Virus record (IMG/VR): IMGVR_UViG_3300005347_000205
Coordinates: 1-64,000 of that record
Origin: a virus
Length of the DNA stretch: 64,000 bases
Strand: one strand, 5' to 3'
Below, piece by piece: positions 27,048 to 36,195 of this stretch. A model generated the notes under the pieces. The model saw only the letters and a list, made by a program, of their open reading frames with translations, searched no databases and was not told the DNA's origin. Within the stretch, counting starts at the first letter, position 1; the number at the start of each line of letters is the position of its first letter. The position numbers and the translations under genes are program-made.

Positions 27048-27325
27048 AGGCGTCGACCGTTGCCGCGCTGCTGAGCGCCGATTTTGACGGGATCATCCAT
27101 CCACCGCTGCCTCAGTTTCCGACGCCAGATGGCAACGGTGACGCCGAAGCTCCTCGCCTATGGCGCTCGGCCGACCTCAACCGGTTGCACGAACTCGAAC
27201 TCGCCGTGCCTTACCGGCGCCGTGAGGATCATCTGTGGCTCTACCGCCTGACCGAGAAGGGTTGGGAGATGGCCGTCAAAACGGCCGCTGTGATTGCCAC
27301 TGTAGAGAAGGAATTGGCCGCATGA
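27044..27325 (+). CDS. Hypothetical protein (winged-helix-like end)
   Basis: ATGA-coupled; YRLTEKG. Confidence 0.6.
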   Translation: MKASTVAALLSADFDGIIHPPLPQFPTPDGNGDAEAPRLWRSADLNRLHELELAVPYRRREDHLWLYRLTEKGWEMAVKTAAVIATVEKELAA

Positions 27326-27786
27326 ACACCGTCTATCTGGCCGGGCCGATATCCGGGCTTTCGTATGCCGGCGCCACGGACTGGCGAGACACTGCGATCA
27401 ACAGCCTCGCTGCTTCCGGCATAAAGGGCCTCTCGCCGATGCGGGCCAAGGAATATCTCCGTCACGTTGAGAGCGATGTCGGATTTTCTTCGACGTGCGA
27501 GGAATATGGTCACCTCTCGCCGCTGTCCGGGCCGCGCGGGATCATGACGCGCGACCGGTTCGACGCGACGCGCTGTGACGTGCTGCTGGTGAATCTCCTC
27601 GGCGCGGCGCGGCCGTCGATAGGTACTATTATGGAAATTGCCTGGGCAGACCTCTCCCGGACTCCGATTGTCGTCGCGATGGAACCAGGCAACCCGCACG
27701 AGCATGCCATGGTCAACGAGGCGATCGGTTTCCGTTGCGGATCGCTCGATGAGGCGCTGGACGTCGTCAAGGCGATTTTGGGGTGA
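27322..27786 (+). CDS. Nucleoside 2-deoxyribosyltransferase-like protein
   Basis: VYLAGPI, RD...CDVLLV, SIGTIMEIAWA. Confidence 0.85.
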   Translation: MNTVYLAGPISGLSYAGATDWRDTAINSLAASGIKGLSPMRAKEYLRHVESDVGFSSTCEEYGHLSPLSGPRGIMTRDRFDATRCDVLLVNLLGAARPSIGTIMEIAWADLSRTPIVVAMEPGNPHEHAMVNEAIGFRCGSLDEALDVVKAILG

Positions 27787-28391
27787 GCCCGGCGCCGCGT
27801 CCTGCCGAAGATGCCGTTTGCTCGATTTGCGACGGTGGCCCCGGCAACGAATGCGCCTGCTCCTGCGGCCAGCGGATGTGGGACAGGGTTGAGTGCTGCC
27901 ACCAAACGGTGCTGTCGCGCTGCCCAGGCTGCCCTCATGCTGAGTCAGCAGCGCGTCCCAAGACGATAATGTTCGAGCAAGGCGCAAGCGCTCGGATTGC
28001 CGGAAAGCAGAAATCCGAAAACCCATATACCACCTACTATAACCGGCGAGATTGGGACGATGGCTGGGATTCAGTCACGCCGTCCAACGGGTCTGGCGAC
28101 TTCGCGTTCGGCAGCGCTGTCTGGCCCGGCATCTCAAAGGTTGTCGAGGAATGCGCTGAGGTCATCCAGGTCGCTGGCAAGCTCATGCAGCGTGGCGGCC
28201 GAACCGATCATTGGTCGGGCGATCTGCTCAAGATGATGATCGAGGAGCTGGGTGACTGTCAGGCTGCGATCGACATGCTGATAGAGCTCAACGACCGGGT
28301 TGATGCTGCAGCCGTGGAAGAGCGCCGCCGCGACAAGCGGCGCACGTTCCGCCGCTGGCACCAGGAAAACATGGGGAACCCCGCATCATGA
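27783..28391 (+). CDS. Cys-rich / RMF-like / MazG-like fusion protein
   Basis: FEQG..A...G....NPY....W..GW followed by KVVEECAEVIQ...EELGD. Confidence 0.7.
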   Translation: MSPAPRPAEDAVCSICDGGPGNECACSCGQRMWDRVECCHQTVLSRCPGCPHAESAARPKTIMFEQGASARIAGKQKSENPYTTYYNRRDWDDGWDSVTPSNGSGDFAFGSAVWPGISKVVEECAEVIQVAGKLMQRGGRTDHWSGDLLKMMIEELGDCQAAIDMLIELNDRVDAAAVEERRRDKRRTFRRWHQENMGNPAS

Positions 28392-28783
28392 CCGTGCACG
28401 TAGTCGGCCTCCTCTTTGACGATAACATCACCAAGATCGCTCTCCGCCAGGTCGACGGGAAGCTCGACGGCGTGCGCGGCGTTGTGCGGCCCGGCGAAAC
28501 ATCAATGGAGGCGATCGACCGGGCCTGCGACGAGGCGATTGAACTCACCTTCAACCAATGGACTCAGATCGCCGTCCTCCGGTTACCGGATGCGATCATC
28601 CACTACTTCGCGGTGTTCGCGGTAGAGATCACTTTAGCCGAGAATGTGGAGTTCTATGACATGCCGGGGGCCGCGCAGCGGAGCGACCTCGGCGATCGGC
28701 TGCCGCTGATGATTTCGATCGCTACCGACCCGGCGATCCAGAAACCCGTCATGTTCAACCAAGGGGGAAGCGATGACGAGTAG
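28388..28783 (+). CDS. Degenerate NUDIX-fold protein
   Basis: VVGLLF...GVVRPGETSMEAIDRACDEA; Nudix box incomplete. Confidence 0.6.
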   Translation: MTVHVVGLLFDDNITKIALRQVDGKLDGVRGVVRPGETSMEAIDRACDEAIELTFNQWTQIAVLRLPDAIIHYFAVFAVEITLAENVEFYDMPGAAQRSDLGDRLPLMISIATDPAIQKPVMFNQGGSDDE

Positions 28784-28973
28784 GGCGCTCATCGCTGCGG
28801 CGGTGCTGCTGCTCAGCGCGTGCGATCCGGGACCCACGATCGAGCTTTCGGTGAATGCGTGGCGCTGCACGGCACAGCGCACGGAGAAGTATCTGCGACC
28901 CCAGCCAACTGGGAAGACGGTGATCATGATCCCGGATGTGCGAACCGTCTGCAGCCAATGGAGCAAGATGTGA
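28773..28973 (+). CDS. Small lipoprotein
   Basis: Lipobox LLSA-C. Confidence 0.65.
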   Translation: MTSRALIAAAVLLLSACDPGPTIELSVNAWRCTAQRTEKYLRPQPTGKTVIMIPDVRTVCSQWSKM

Positions 28974-29662
28974 GCGACAGTAAAATCGAGGTTCTCGACC
29001 ACGGCTTCGTGCGCCTGGTCGACTCCATGGGTTCCGATCTATCGGTCGTCCGCGCGGCCCGCATCTCCTATGATGCGGCGTGGCGGGCAGGAGAAGACAC
29101 GGGCTCCGATCGCCGGCTGATCAACTACCTCTGGAAGAACCACCACACGACCCCGTTCGAGGCGGTGACGTTCACCTTCGAGGTCAAGGCGCCGATCTTC
29201 GTGTTCCGCCAATGGCATCGCCACCGCACCTGGAGTTTTAACGAACTGAGCGCCCGGTATCGCGAGCTGCCCGAGGAATTCTATGTGCCGGTGCCAGAGA
29301 TGATCGGGGTGCAGTCGGCGGCGTCGAAGCAGGCTCGCGTCGCGGTGGAGATGGACGATCGGGAGTACCGCGATCGAGCCTATCAGGTCGAACTGTTCAG
29401 GGCTCATTGTACGGGCGCGTTCGAGCGATACCGAGGTCTCCTTCATGCAGGCTGGCCCCGCGAGCTCGCGCGATCGGTGCTGCCGGTCAGCACCTACAGC
29501 CACATGTTCGCGACGGTTGATCTGCTGAACCTGCTCAAGTTCCTGACGCTGCGCTGTCACGAGCACGCCCAGCACGAGATCCGAGTTTACGCGGAGGCTA
29601 TGCTGGATCTCGTCCGCGAAGTTGTTCCTGAATGTGTTGCTGCCTGGGAGTCGGGGCGATGA
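28970..29662 (+). CDS. thyX: FAD-dependent thymidylate synthase
   Basis: RHRTWSFNELSARY signature; HTTPFE, ELARSVLP, HAQHEIR. Confidence 0.96.
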   Translation: MSDSKIEVLDHGFVRLVDSMGSDLSVVRAARISYDAAWRAGEDTGSDRRLINYLWKNHHTTPFEAVTFTFEVKAPIFVFRQWHRHRTWSFNELSARYRELPEEFYVPVPEMIGVQSAASKQARVAVEMDDREYRDRAYQVELFRAHCTGAFERYRGLLHAGWPRELARSVLPVSTYSHMFATVDLLNLLKFLTLRCHEHAQHEIRVYAEAMLDLVREVVPECVAAWESGR

Positions 29663-29865
29663 CCAAGGAACAGGAACGCTTCGAAGCACTGGCGGATAAG
29701 CTCCTCAGTTTCGCTCGGAGTTCGGCATCCAAAGGCATCTCATCAGGGGTCAACCAAGTCGCTGCTGGACTGGCTTACCTTCATGCTCGCGGGGACATCA
29801 TTCTACCGCCACCGGCAGCCCCGCCGCTCTTCCACTGGCTCGGCGCTGACGCCCCGACAGCATGA
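29659..29865 (+). CDS. Hypothetical protein
   Basis: ATGA-coupled at both ends. Confidence 0.6.
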   Translation: MTKEQERFEALADKLLSFARSSASKGISSGVNQVAAGLAYLHARGDIILPPPAAPPLFHWLGADAPTA

Positions 29866-30203
29866 GAACGAGGCTCCTGCCAGAGATGTTATGGAAAATA
29901 GATCCCAAGGTCGAAGCCGCCCGCAAGCTGCCTGGTTGGGGTCCCTTCCACTATGCCTGTCAGCAGGAGCGCTTCTACTTCGATCACTGCGAAAAGCAGG
30001 GGCGCGAGTACAAGGTGCTCTGTTACTCAGTCGACGCACATTGGCACATCGTCCCGCTCGTCGAGGGTCGCGGGTCGGCTGTCCTCGACGCCTATCGCGA
30101 CGCCCATGAGCGGTGCGGGCGGGCAACCACGGAAACTACGGCCGCGCTCGATACTCTGATCGCCGGGCCGCCGGCCGATGATTTCATGGAGATGCTGGGA
30201 TGA
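29862..30203 (+). CDS. Hypothetical protein
   Basis: ATGA-coupled; ends DDFMEMLG. Confidence 0.7.
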   Translation: MRTRLLPEMLWKIDPKVEAARKLPGWGPFHYACQQERFYFDHCEKQGREYKVLCYSVDAHWHIVPLVEGRGSAVLDAYRDAHERCGRATTETTAALDTLIAGPPADDFMEMLG

Positions 30204-30781
30204 ACGTGCTCACAGGCTGTTCTGTCGATGGGTGCCACAAACCGCTGAAAGCACTAGGGTTATGCCGTTCCCATTATTTGCGGAACTGGCGCCACGGGGC
30301 ACCGGAAGCAGGTGGACAAAGTAGAGGTTTCGCGACCGAGTTCATCCGCAGCCACATCAACTATAAGGGTGATGATTGCATCCTTTGGCCGTTTGCTCGG
30401 ACGCCGACCGGATACGGAGTGGTTAGATATCCTGGATTACATGGCAACAACGCACATCGCGTGATGTGCATTCTCGCCCGCGGTGAGCCACCTTCGCCGG
30501 AGCTTGAGGCAGCCCATGAATGCGGGAACGGGCATCTCGGGTGCGTAAACCCAAAGCATCTGAAATGGAAAGAAAGGATCGATAATATCCGGGACAAAGC
30601 AGTACACGGAACACAACTTTGGGGTGATCTTATCCATTTTTCTAAGTTGACCCTAGAGCAAGCGCAGCGAGTAAAGTTCGGATCTGATCGTGGTACTGAT
30701 CTTGCTAAAGAATTGTCAGTAACACCTGCAACAATTTACCGCATTAGGTCGGGGCATACTTGGAAAGGACTTATGCTATGA
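30200..30781 (+). CDS. HNH homing endonuclease
   Basis: CILWP..GYG..AHRVMC..AAHECG..CVNPKHL..N; lower GC than neighbours. Confidence 0.9.
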   Translation: MNVLTGCSVDGCHKPLKALGLCRSHYLRNWRHGAPEAGGQSRGFATEFIRSHINYKGDDCILWPFARTPTGYGVVRYPGLHGNNAHRVMCILARGEPPSPELEAAHECGNGHLGCVNPKHLKWKERIDNIRDKAVHGTQLWGDLIHFSKLTLEQAQRVKFGSDRGTDLAKELSVTPATIYRIRSGHTWKGLML

Positions 30782-31611
30782 CGGCGATCATGGTCGATCT
30801 GGAAACGTGGGGTAAAATCCCCGGCTCCGATATTCGCAGTATCGGCGCGGTCGTGTTCGACCCGGTCTCCGGGACTCTGAGCGACGAATTCTACGTGGCG
30901 GTGGATAATCCGGTTCGATCCGACGCGCGGCCTATATTCTCCGATCCCGGCGATCCAAACGCTGATCGGCGATACCTGCTGTTCCGCGACCCGGACACCG
31001 TTGCATGGTGGGCCGACCAGAGTCCCGAGGCGCAAGGGGCGTTCGATAACCCCGTCGATCTAAGGAAAGGTCTGCAGCTTTTCGCGAACTGGTGGACGAA
31101 ACAGCACGACGGTGAGGGTTACTCGCGCTTCTGGGCGAAAGGCCCCCATTTCGACGAAGCGATATTGGCAGCCTGCTATCGGGCTGTCGATTTACCAGCT
31201 CCCTGGTCGTACCGCGCCCCACGGGACTGCCGCACGATCTATGAGGCGGCCGGTGGCGTCGAAATTCCTTTCGAGGGCACCCAACACAACGCTCTCGATG
31301 ATGCCAAGCATCAGGCGCGGTGCGTGATCGAGGCATATCGGAAACTGCGTAAGCATGTAACCATGACGATCGACTGCAACACGGCGCCATATCGGGAATT
31401 GATCGCCGAACTCGTCGCTGCGCGGAGATACACCGATCAGCGCGTAACAGGACTGCTCGAAGCCAATAACCGCGAAGTCGAGCGACGGCGGACCGCCACT
31501 GGCCTGCTCCGGAAGGCTGGCGATTATATAGCTGACATCACGGGCGCCAGAGATCGCCCAGGTTCAGACAGCGCCGAAATTTGCGACGCCATCGACGAGT
31601 TCCTGGGATGA
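30778..31611 (+). CDS. DEDDh 3'-5' exonuclease
   Basis: MVDLET, FD..IL, RDCRT, HNALDDA. Confidence 0.9.
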   Translation: MTAIMVDLETWGKIPGSDIRSIGAVVFDPVSGTLSDEFYVAVDNPVRSDARPIFSDPGDPNADRRYLLFRDPDTVAWWADQSPEAQGAFDNPVDLRKGLQLFANWWTKQHDGEGYSRFWAKGPHFDEAILAACYRAVDLPAPWSYRAPRDCRTIYEAAGGVEIPFEGTQHNALDDAKHQARCVIEAYRKLRKHVTMTIDCNTAPYRELIAELVAARRYTDQRVTGLLEANNREVERRRTATGLLRKAGDYIADITGARDRPGSDSAEICDAIDEFLG

Positions 31612-31688
31612 GCGATTATCGCGAATTGATGGCCCTGTACCACACCCGATGACTGCAGCCTCAACCACTAGCAACGGATGCGAAACAT

Positions 31689-32327
31689 ATGACAATTGCC
31701 ATAGGAATTAGCGGTTTCGCCAAAGCGGGCAAGACCACCGTCGCCGAGTATATCGAGCGCCGCTACGGGGTGAAACGCCTCCATGTTGCCGAGCCGCTGC
31801 GCGATATGTTGCGCGTGCTGCTGCGCGCCAACGGTGTCGCCGAAGACATGATCGAGCGCTACCTTACCGGCGACCTTAAGGACGGCGTCGTTATCCCTGA
31901 GATCGGTCGCACGTCGCGCGAGCTGCAGATCACCCTCGGCACCGAATGGGGTAGAGAATGTGTGCATCCCAATCTCTGGGCGAAAACATGGTCGCGCTGT
32001 GCCTCACCGTTCTTCGCGGTAATGAATGACAGCGTTCGCTTCCCCAATGAGGAAGATGTTATCCGCGGCGAGCTCGGTGGCCTGACCATACTCGTCGAGC
32101 GCTTCGATACCCACCCCGTCTCCTATAAATGGGGCGCGGTTGGCCGCTGGCTCTACAACGTCTTCGGTTGCATGTGGGGTGTCCACGACAGCGAACGGAC
32201 CGACCGGCTGAATCCGGACTTCATTTTGCGCAACAACGGTTCGCTTGAGGAGCTGTTCGAGCGCGTCGATGAAATCATCCAGGTCGAATTCGATATCGAC
32301 CCCGTCGAGGTCGTTGCCGCGGCCTAA
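31689..32327 (+). CDS. Deoxynucleoside monophosphate kinase
   Basis: GFAKAGKTT, RELQITLGTEWGR, DSVRFPNE, HDSE. Confidence 0.9.
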   Translation: MTIAIGISGFAKAGKTTVAEYIERRYGVKRLHVAEPLRDMLRVLLRANGVAEDMIERYLTGDLKDGVVIPEIGRTSRELQITLGTEWGRECVHPNLWAKTWSRCASPFFAVMNDSVRFPNEEDVIRGELGGLTILVERFDTHPVSYKWGAVGRWLYNVFGCMWGVHDSERTDRLNPDFILRNNGSLEELFERVDEIIQVEFDIDPVEVVAAA

Positions 32328-32379
32328 CTTTCACCATATAGGTGAATTTCCATCCCATAAACCGGGAGACACCCGAGTC

Positions 32380-34329
32380 ATGCCTTCTGCTACCCTGCCG
32401 ACTGATTACCAGAGTTTCATTGCTTCCAGCCGCTATGCGCGGTTCTTGGAGTCGGAGGGGCGGCGCGAGCATTGGGACGAGACAATTGCCCGCTACTTCG
32501 ATTATTTCGAAGACGACCTCAACCGGCGCCACAGCTACAAGGTGCCCGCGACGCTGCGCTCGGAGCTTCAGGATGCGGTGCTGAACCTTCACGTCATGCC
32601 GTCGATGCGCGCGCTGATGACCGCCGGCGAGGCGCTGCGGCGTGAGAATATAGCGGGTTACAATTGCAGCTATCTGCCGATCGACCGGCCGCGCGCCTTC
32701 GCCGAGATACTGTATATCCTGATGTGCGGCACCGGTGTCGGCTTCTCAGTCGAGCGCCAGGAGATCGCCAAGCTGCCGGCCGTGCCCGATTCATTCAGCC
32801 CGTCGGCATTGGAGATCGTCGTTGGTGACAGCAAGATGGGCTGGGCCATCGCATTCGATAGCTTGCTTGAATGCCTCTACGGCGGCACCATCCCGGACAT
32901 CAATTATGACGCGATCCGCCCGGCCGGCGAGCGACTGATGACCTTCGGCGGCCGGGCGTCTGGGCCGGAGCCGCTGCGCGAACTGTTCGAGTTTGTGATC
33001 CGCTCCTTCCGTAATGCTGCGGGTCGCAAGCTAAACAGCCTCGAATGCCACGAGATTGCGACGAAAACCGGCGAGATCGTCGTCGTCGGCGGCGTGCGCC
33101 GCTCGGCCGAAATCAGCCTGTCCAACCTCTCGGACCTACGGATGCGCGACGCCAAGTCGGGTAATTGGTTCCTGGATAAGCCCCACTTGGCGCTCAGCAA
33201 CAACAGCGTCGCCTATACTGAGAAGCCGGACGTTGGCGCGTTCATGGACGAATGGTCAGCGCTCTATCGCAGCCGATCGGGCGAACGGGGGATCTTCAAC
33301 CGCCACGGTAGCGTTCAGAAGATGCTGCGCCTGGGTCGCCGGGACCATCGTTACGACTTCGGAACGAATCCATGCGGTGAGATTCTCTTACGTCCCCGCG
33401 GCCTCTGCAACCTCTCCGAAGCGGTCGCTCGGCTCGGCGACGGAGCGTCCGAGCTCAAGGAAAAGGTCCGGCTCGCGGCGATCCTCGGCACCTGGCAATC
33501 GACGCAGACCAGCTTCAATTTCGTCGAGCCAAGCTGGAAGGTGAACGCTGATGAGGAACGGCTGCTGGGTGTCTCGCTGACTGGCATCTACGATAATCGC
33601 TGGCTGCGCGGCGAGATGGGTATGGACACGCTGGAATCGCTGCTGCGGACGTTGAAATCCAAGGTTATCACCAGCAATCGGCTCGAAGCGCATGCGATCG
33701 GTATCAACCCGTCTGTCGCGACGACAACGGTGAAGCCGTCTGGCACCGTTTCGCAGCTCGTGAACAGCAGTTCAGGCATTCACCAAGGGCACGCCGAATA
33801 TTACATCCGGCGCGTCCGCGGCGACAATAAGGACCCGATCACCCAGTTCATGAAGGATGCCGGTATCCCAGGCGAGCCTGATGTCAGCAAGCCCGACGCG
33901 ATGACGGTGTTCAGTTTCCCGATGTGCGCGCGCGGTACCGTCACCCGAGACCAAGTCACTGCGGTCGACCATCTCGAACTGGTCCGGACTTACAACACCC
34001 ATTGGTCCGAGCATGCGGTCTCCTGCACGATCAGCGTGCGCGAGCATGAGTGGCCTGCAGTCGGTGGCTGGGTTTATGACCATTTCGACGACCTGGCCGG
34101 TCTGTCGTTCCTGCCTCATTTTGCCGACGACAGCAGCTACGCCCAGATGCCGTTCGAAGCGATCACCAAGGAGCGCTATGGCGAGCTCTGCGCCGCCATG
34201 CCCATCTCGATCGACTGGGCGGATCTGGCACACTACGAGCGCGGCATCGACTCTGTTACCGCCACCAGGGAATTCGCGTGCGTGGGCAACAGCTGCGAAA
34301 TCGTGGACGCACAGTCTCCGCTTGCGTGA
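32380..34329 (+). CDS. nrdJ: Class II (B12-dependent) ribonucleotide reductase
   Basis: YNCSY, VVGGVRRSA, TNPCGEI, KPSGT, C-terminal CVGNSCE; no small subunit nearby. Confidence 0.93.
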   Translation: MPSATLPTDYQSFIASSRYARFLESEGRREHWDETIARYFDYFEDDLNRRHSYKVPATLRSELQDAVLNLHVMPSMRALMTAGEALRRENIAGYNCSYLPIDRPRAFAEILYILMCGTGVGFSVERQEIAKLPAVPDSFSPSALEIVVGDSKMGWAIAFDSLLECLYGGTIPDINYDAIRPAGERLMTFGGRASGPEPLRELFEFVIRSFRNAAGRKLNSLECHEIATKTGEIVVVGGVRRSAEISLSNLSDLRMRDAKSGNWFLDKPHLALSNNSVAYTEKPDVGAFMDEWSALYRSRSGERGIFNRHGSVQKMLRLGRRDHRYDFGTNPCGEILLRPRGLCNLSEAVARLGDGASELKEKVRLAAILGTWQSTQTSFNFVEPSWKVNADEERLLGVSLTGIYDNRWLRGEMGMDTLESLLRTLKSKVITSNRLEAHAIGINPSVATTTVKPSGTVSQLVNSSSGIHQGHAEYYIRRVRGDNKDPITQFMKDAGIPGEPDVSKPDAMTVFSFPMCARGTVTRDQVTAVDHLELVRTYNTHWSEHAVSCTISVREHEWPAVGGWVYDHFDDLAGLSFLPHFADDSSYAQMPFEAITKERYGELCAAMPISIDWADLAHYERGIDSVTATREFACVGNSCEIVDAQSPLA

Positions 34330-34377
34330 CCACTCTTTCAACTTTATGGTGATATTCAATAAACGGAGCGAGTCGAT

Positions 34378-34659
34378 ATGAGCGGCATTGGTCATAATTC
34401 TGGCGAAGATCCCCTGGACGACAAGGGCAGCATCGCATCGCAGGAGCTTCGGCTGTTTGTCGAGCGCGTCGAGCGGCTTGAGGAGGAAAAGAAAGGGATC
34501 GTCGATGACATCAAAGAGGTGATGTCAGAGATGAAGGGACGTGGCTACGACACGAAGATGGTCCGAAAACTTATCGCCATACGGAAGAAGAAGAAGGGTG
34601 AATATGAGGAAGAGCAGATGGTGCTCGATACCTACTTAGCCGCGCTCGGGATGATCTGA
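34378..34659 (+). CDS. gapR: GapR (DUF2312) nucleoid-associated protein
   Basis: LRLFVERVERLEEEKK.I.DDIKEV..E.KGRGYD.K...YLAALG. Confidence 0.92.
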   Translation: MSGIGHNSGEDPLDDKGSIASQELRLFVERVERLEEEKKGIVDDIKEVMSEMKGRGYDTKMVRKLIAIRKKKKGEYEEEQMVLDTYLAALGMI

Positions 34660-34660
34660 T

Positions 34661-34972
34661 TTGTCTGACGCCGCCCTCTCCCATCTGCTGCGCGACGCCG
34701 CACCCGACAATCTGCGCATCCATATCTGGACCCGCGCCGGCGGCGGCTACCAGATCAATGTCAGCGAGCGCGGCAGCGGCTCCTGGACGGTAGTTCACGA
34801 TGATGATCCGGCTCTGGGTCTTGCGGTCGCGCTGCGACAGCGGGGGAGCGGATCACCGGGCCGCAGGATTGCCCACAGCAGCGAGCCGACGTTCGATGCC
34901 CCGGATGTGCAGATTGACATTGAGGAGGCGATCGCGACCGCGGTGGACCCGTTCGAGGATATGCTTGGATGA
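34661..34972 (+). CDS. Hypothetical protein
   Basis: Fills the gap in the operon; ends DPFEDMLG. Confidence 0.65.
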   Translation: MSDAALSHLLRDAAPDNLRIHIWTRAGGGYQINVSERGSGSWTVVHDDDPALGLAVALRQRGSGSPGRRIAHSSEPTFDAPDVQIDIEEAIATAVDPFEDMLG

Positions 34973-35583
34973 GCAGCCCGTTCGCCGATTTGCCGGCCAA
35001 CCACTTCGGCATGATAGAGGCCGATCCGGCCTGGGCCTGGACGAGTTACGCGGGGAAGGCTTCGGCGCCACACCGCACGGCTGACGCTCCCTACCCCGTG
35101 ATGTCGCTCGACGAGATGAAGGCCCTCCCCGTGGCCGACCTCGCAGCTAAAGATTGTCTGCTGAATATGTGGGTGATCGGCAGTCACCTCGACCAGGCGA
35201 TTGAGCTCGGCCGGCACTGGGGATTCCTATTCAAGAGCGATGGCTTCATCTGGGTTAAAACTGGCAAGCACGATGCGACCCTGCGACCGATCGGCATGGG
35301 CAAGTGGGTGCGAAAGCAGGTCGAGTATAGCTTGATCTTCAGCCGCGGGAAGCCGAGCCGGACTGATGCCGGGGTTCGCCAGCTTATCGAGACGGGCGAA
35401 AATGTGATCTATGCGCCGAAGCGCGAGCACAGCCGCAAACCCGAAGAGCGCTACGAGAGAATCGAGCGCCTAGTGTCCGGGCCCTACGTCGAATTATTCG
35501 CTAGGGAAACCAGGCGCGGATGGTCCTGCTGGGGAAACGAGACATCGAAATTCGACGATCCCTTCGAGCGCATGCTGGGATGA
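34969..35583 (+). CDS. MT-A70-family adenine methyltransferase
   Basis: ADPAW (DPPW-like), YPVM, WVK, EHSRKP, ELFAR, WGNE. Confidence 0.9.
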   Translation: MSSPFADLPANHFGMIEADPAWAWTSYAGKASAPHRTADAPYPVMSLDEMKALPVADLAAKDCLLNMWVIGSHLDQAIELGRHWGFLFKSDGFIWVKTGKHDATLRPIGMGKWVRKQVEYSLIFSRGKPSRTDAGVRQLIETGENVIYAPKREHSRKPEERYERIERLVSGPYVELFARETRRGWSCWGNETSKFDDPFERMLG

Positions 35584-35858
35584 TAGGTTTTTTCCTATTA
35601 CGGGTTGCATTGTAGGAACAGATAGGGAACTTTAGACGGCGAAATGTTCGATTCGCGTAAACCAGAAGAGCGCAGGCGCGATAAATCGTCTCCGCAACAA
35701 TCCCTAGAGGGAGGGCATCGGCCTCTACGAAACCGGCCGAAAAATAAGACGAAAGTCGAACAGTGCGGCGCAGCATTTCAACTCACCTTAGTATTTTCAA
35801 CTTGAGTGAGTCCACTTTTCTGCCTATTCAACCGGAACCTATTCACGGGGAGAGTGTT

Positions 35859-36161
35859 ATGAACGATTCACTTACCGCCAATCCGCCATCGAATCCGCAA
35901 GTAGCGGATCTGAGCTTCGTTACGTTCCGGAACGGCAAATGTGACATGTGGACACCTGAGCGCCCCGCCGATCGCGCCCAAGCGATTGAGATGGGTAAGG
36001 ATTATGCCAGGGAAATGCTGGTGATGATCAGGGAGACCGACAATCCGCTCATTTTTGGAGCGGTCATCCGCACGATGACGAGCAACGGATTATGGGGCCC
36101 AGTCGAGATGGGGTTCTGCTCGGTCCTCGGCATCGAGTTGCTGGGCGCCTTCAGCTTGTGA
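35859..36161 (+). CDS. Hypothetical protein (moron-like)
   Basis: GGGGAG RBS; own upstream gap; hairpin at 36174-36191. Confidence 0.65.
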   Translation: MNDSLTANPPSNPQVADLSFVTFRNGKCDMWTPERPADRAQAIEMGKDYAREMLVMIRETDNPLIFGAVIRTMTSNGLWGPVEMGFCSVLGIELLGAFSL

Positions 36162-36195
36162 AGCCACGTTGAAGGGCGGCTCAGGCCGCCCGGTT

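Noticed and set aside
35834-35858. EcfG-type promoter GGAAC-N16-TGTT
   Set aside because: The -10-like element abuts the ATG and the spacer contains the RBS, leaving no room for a start site
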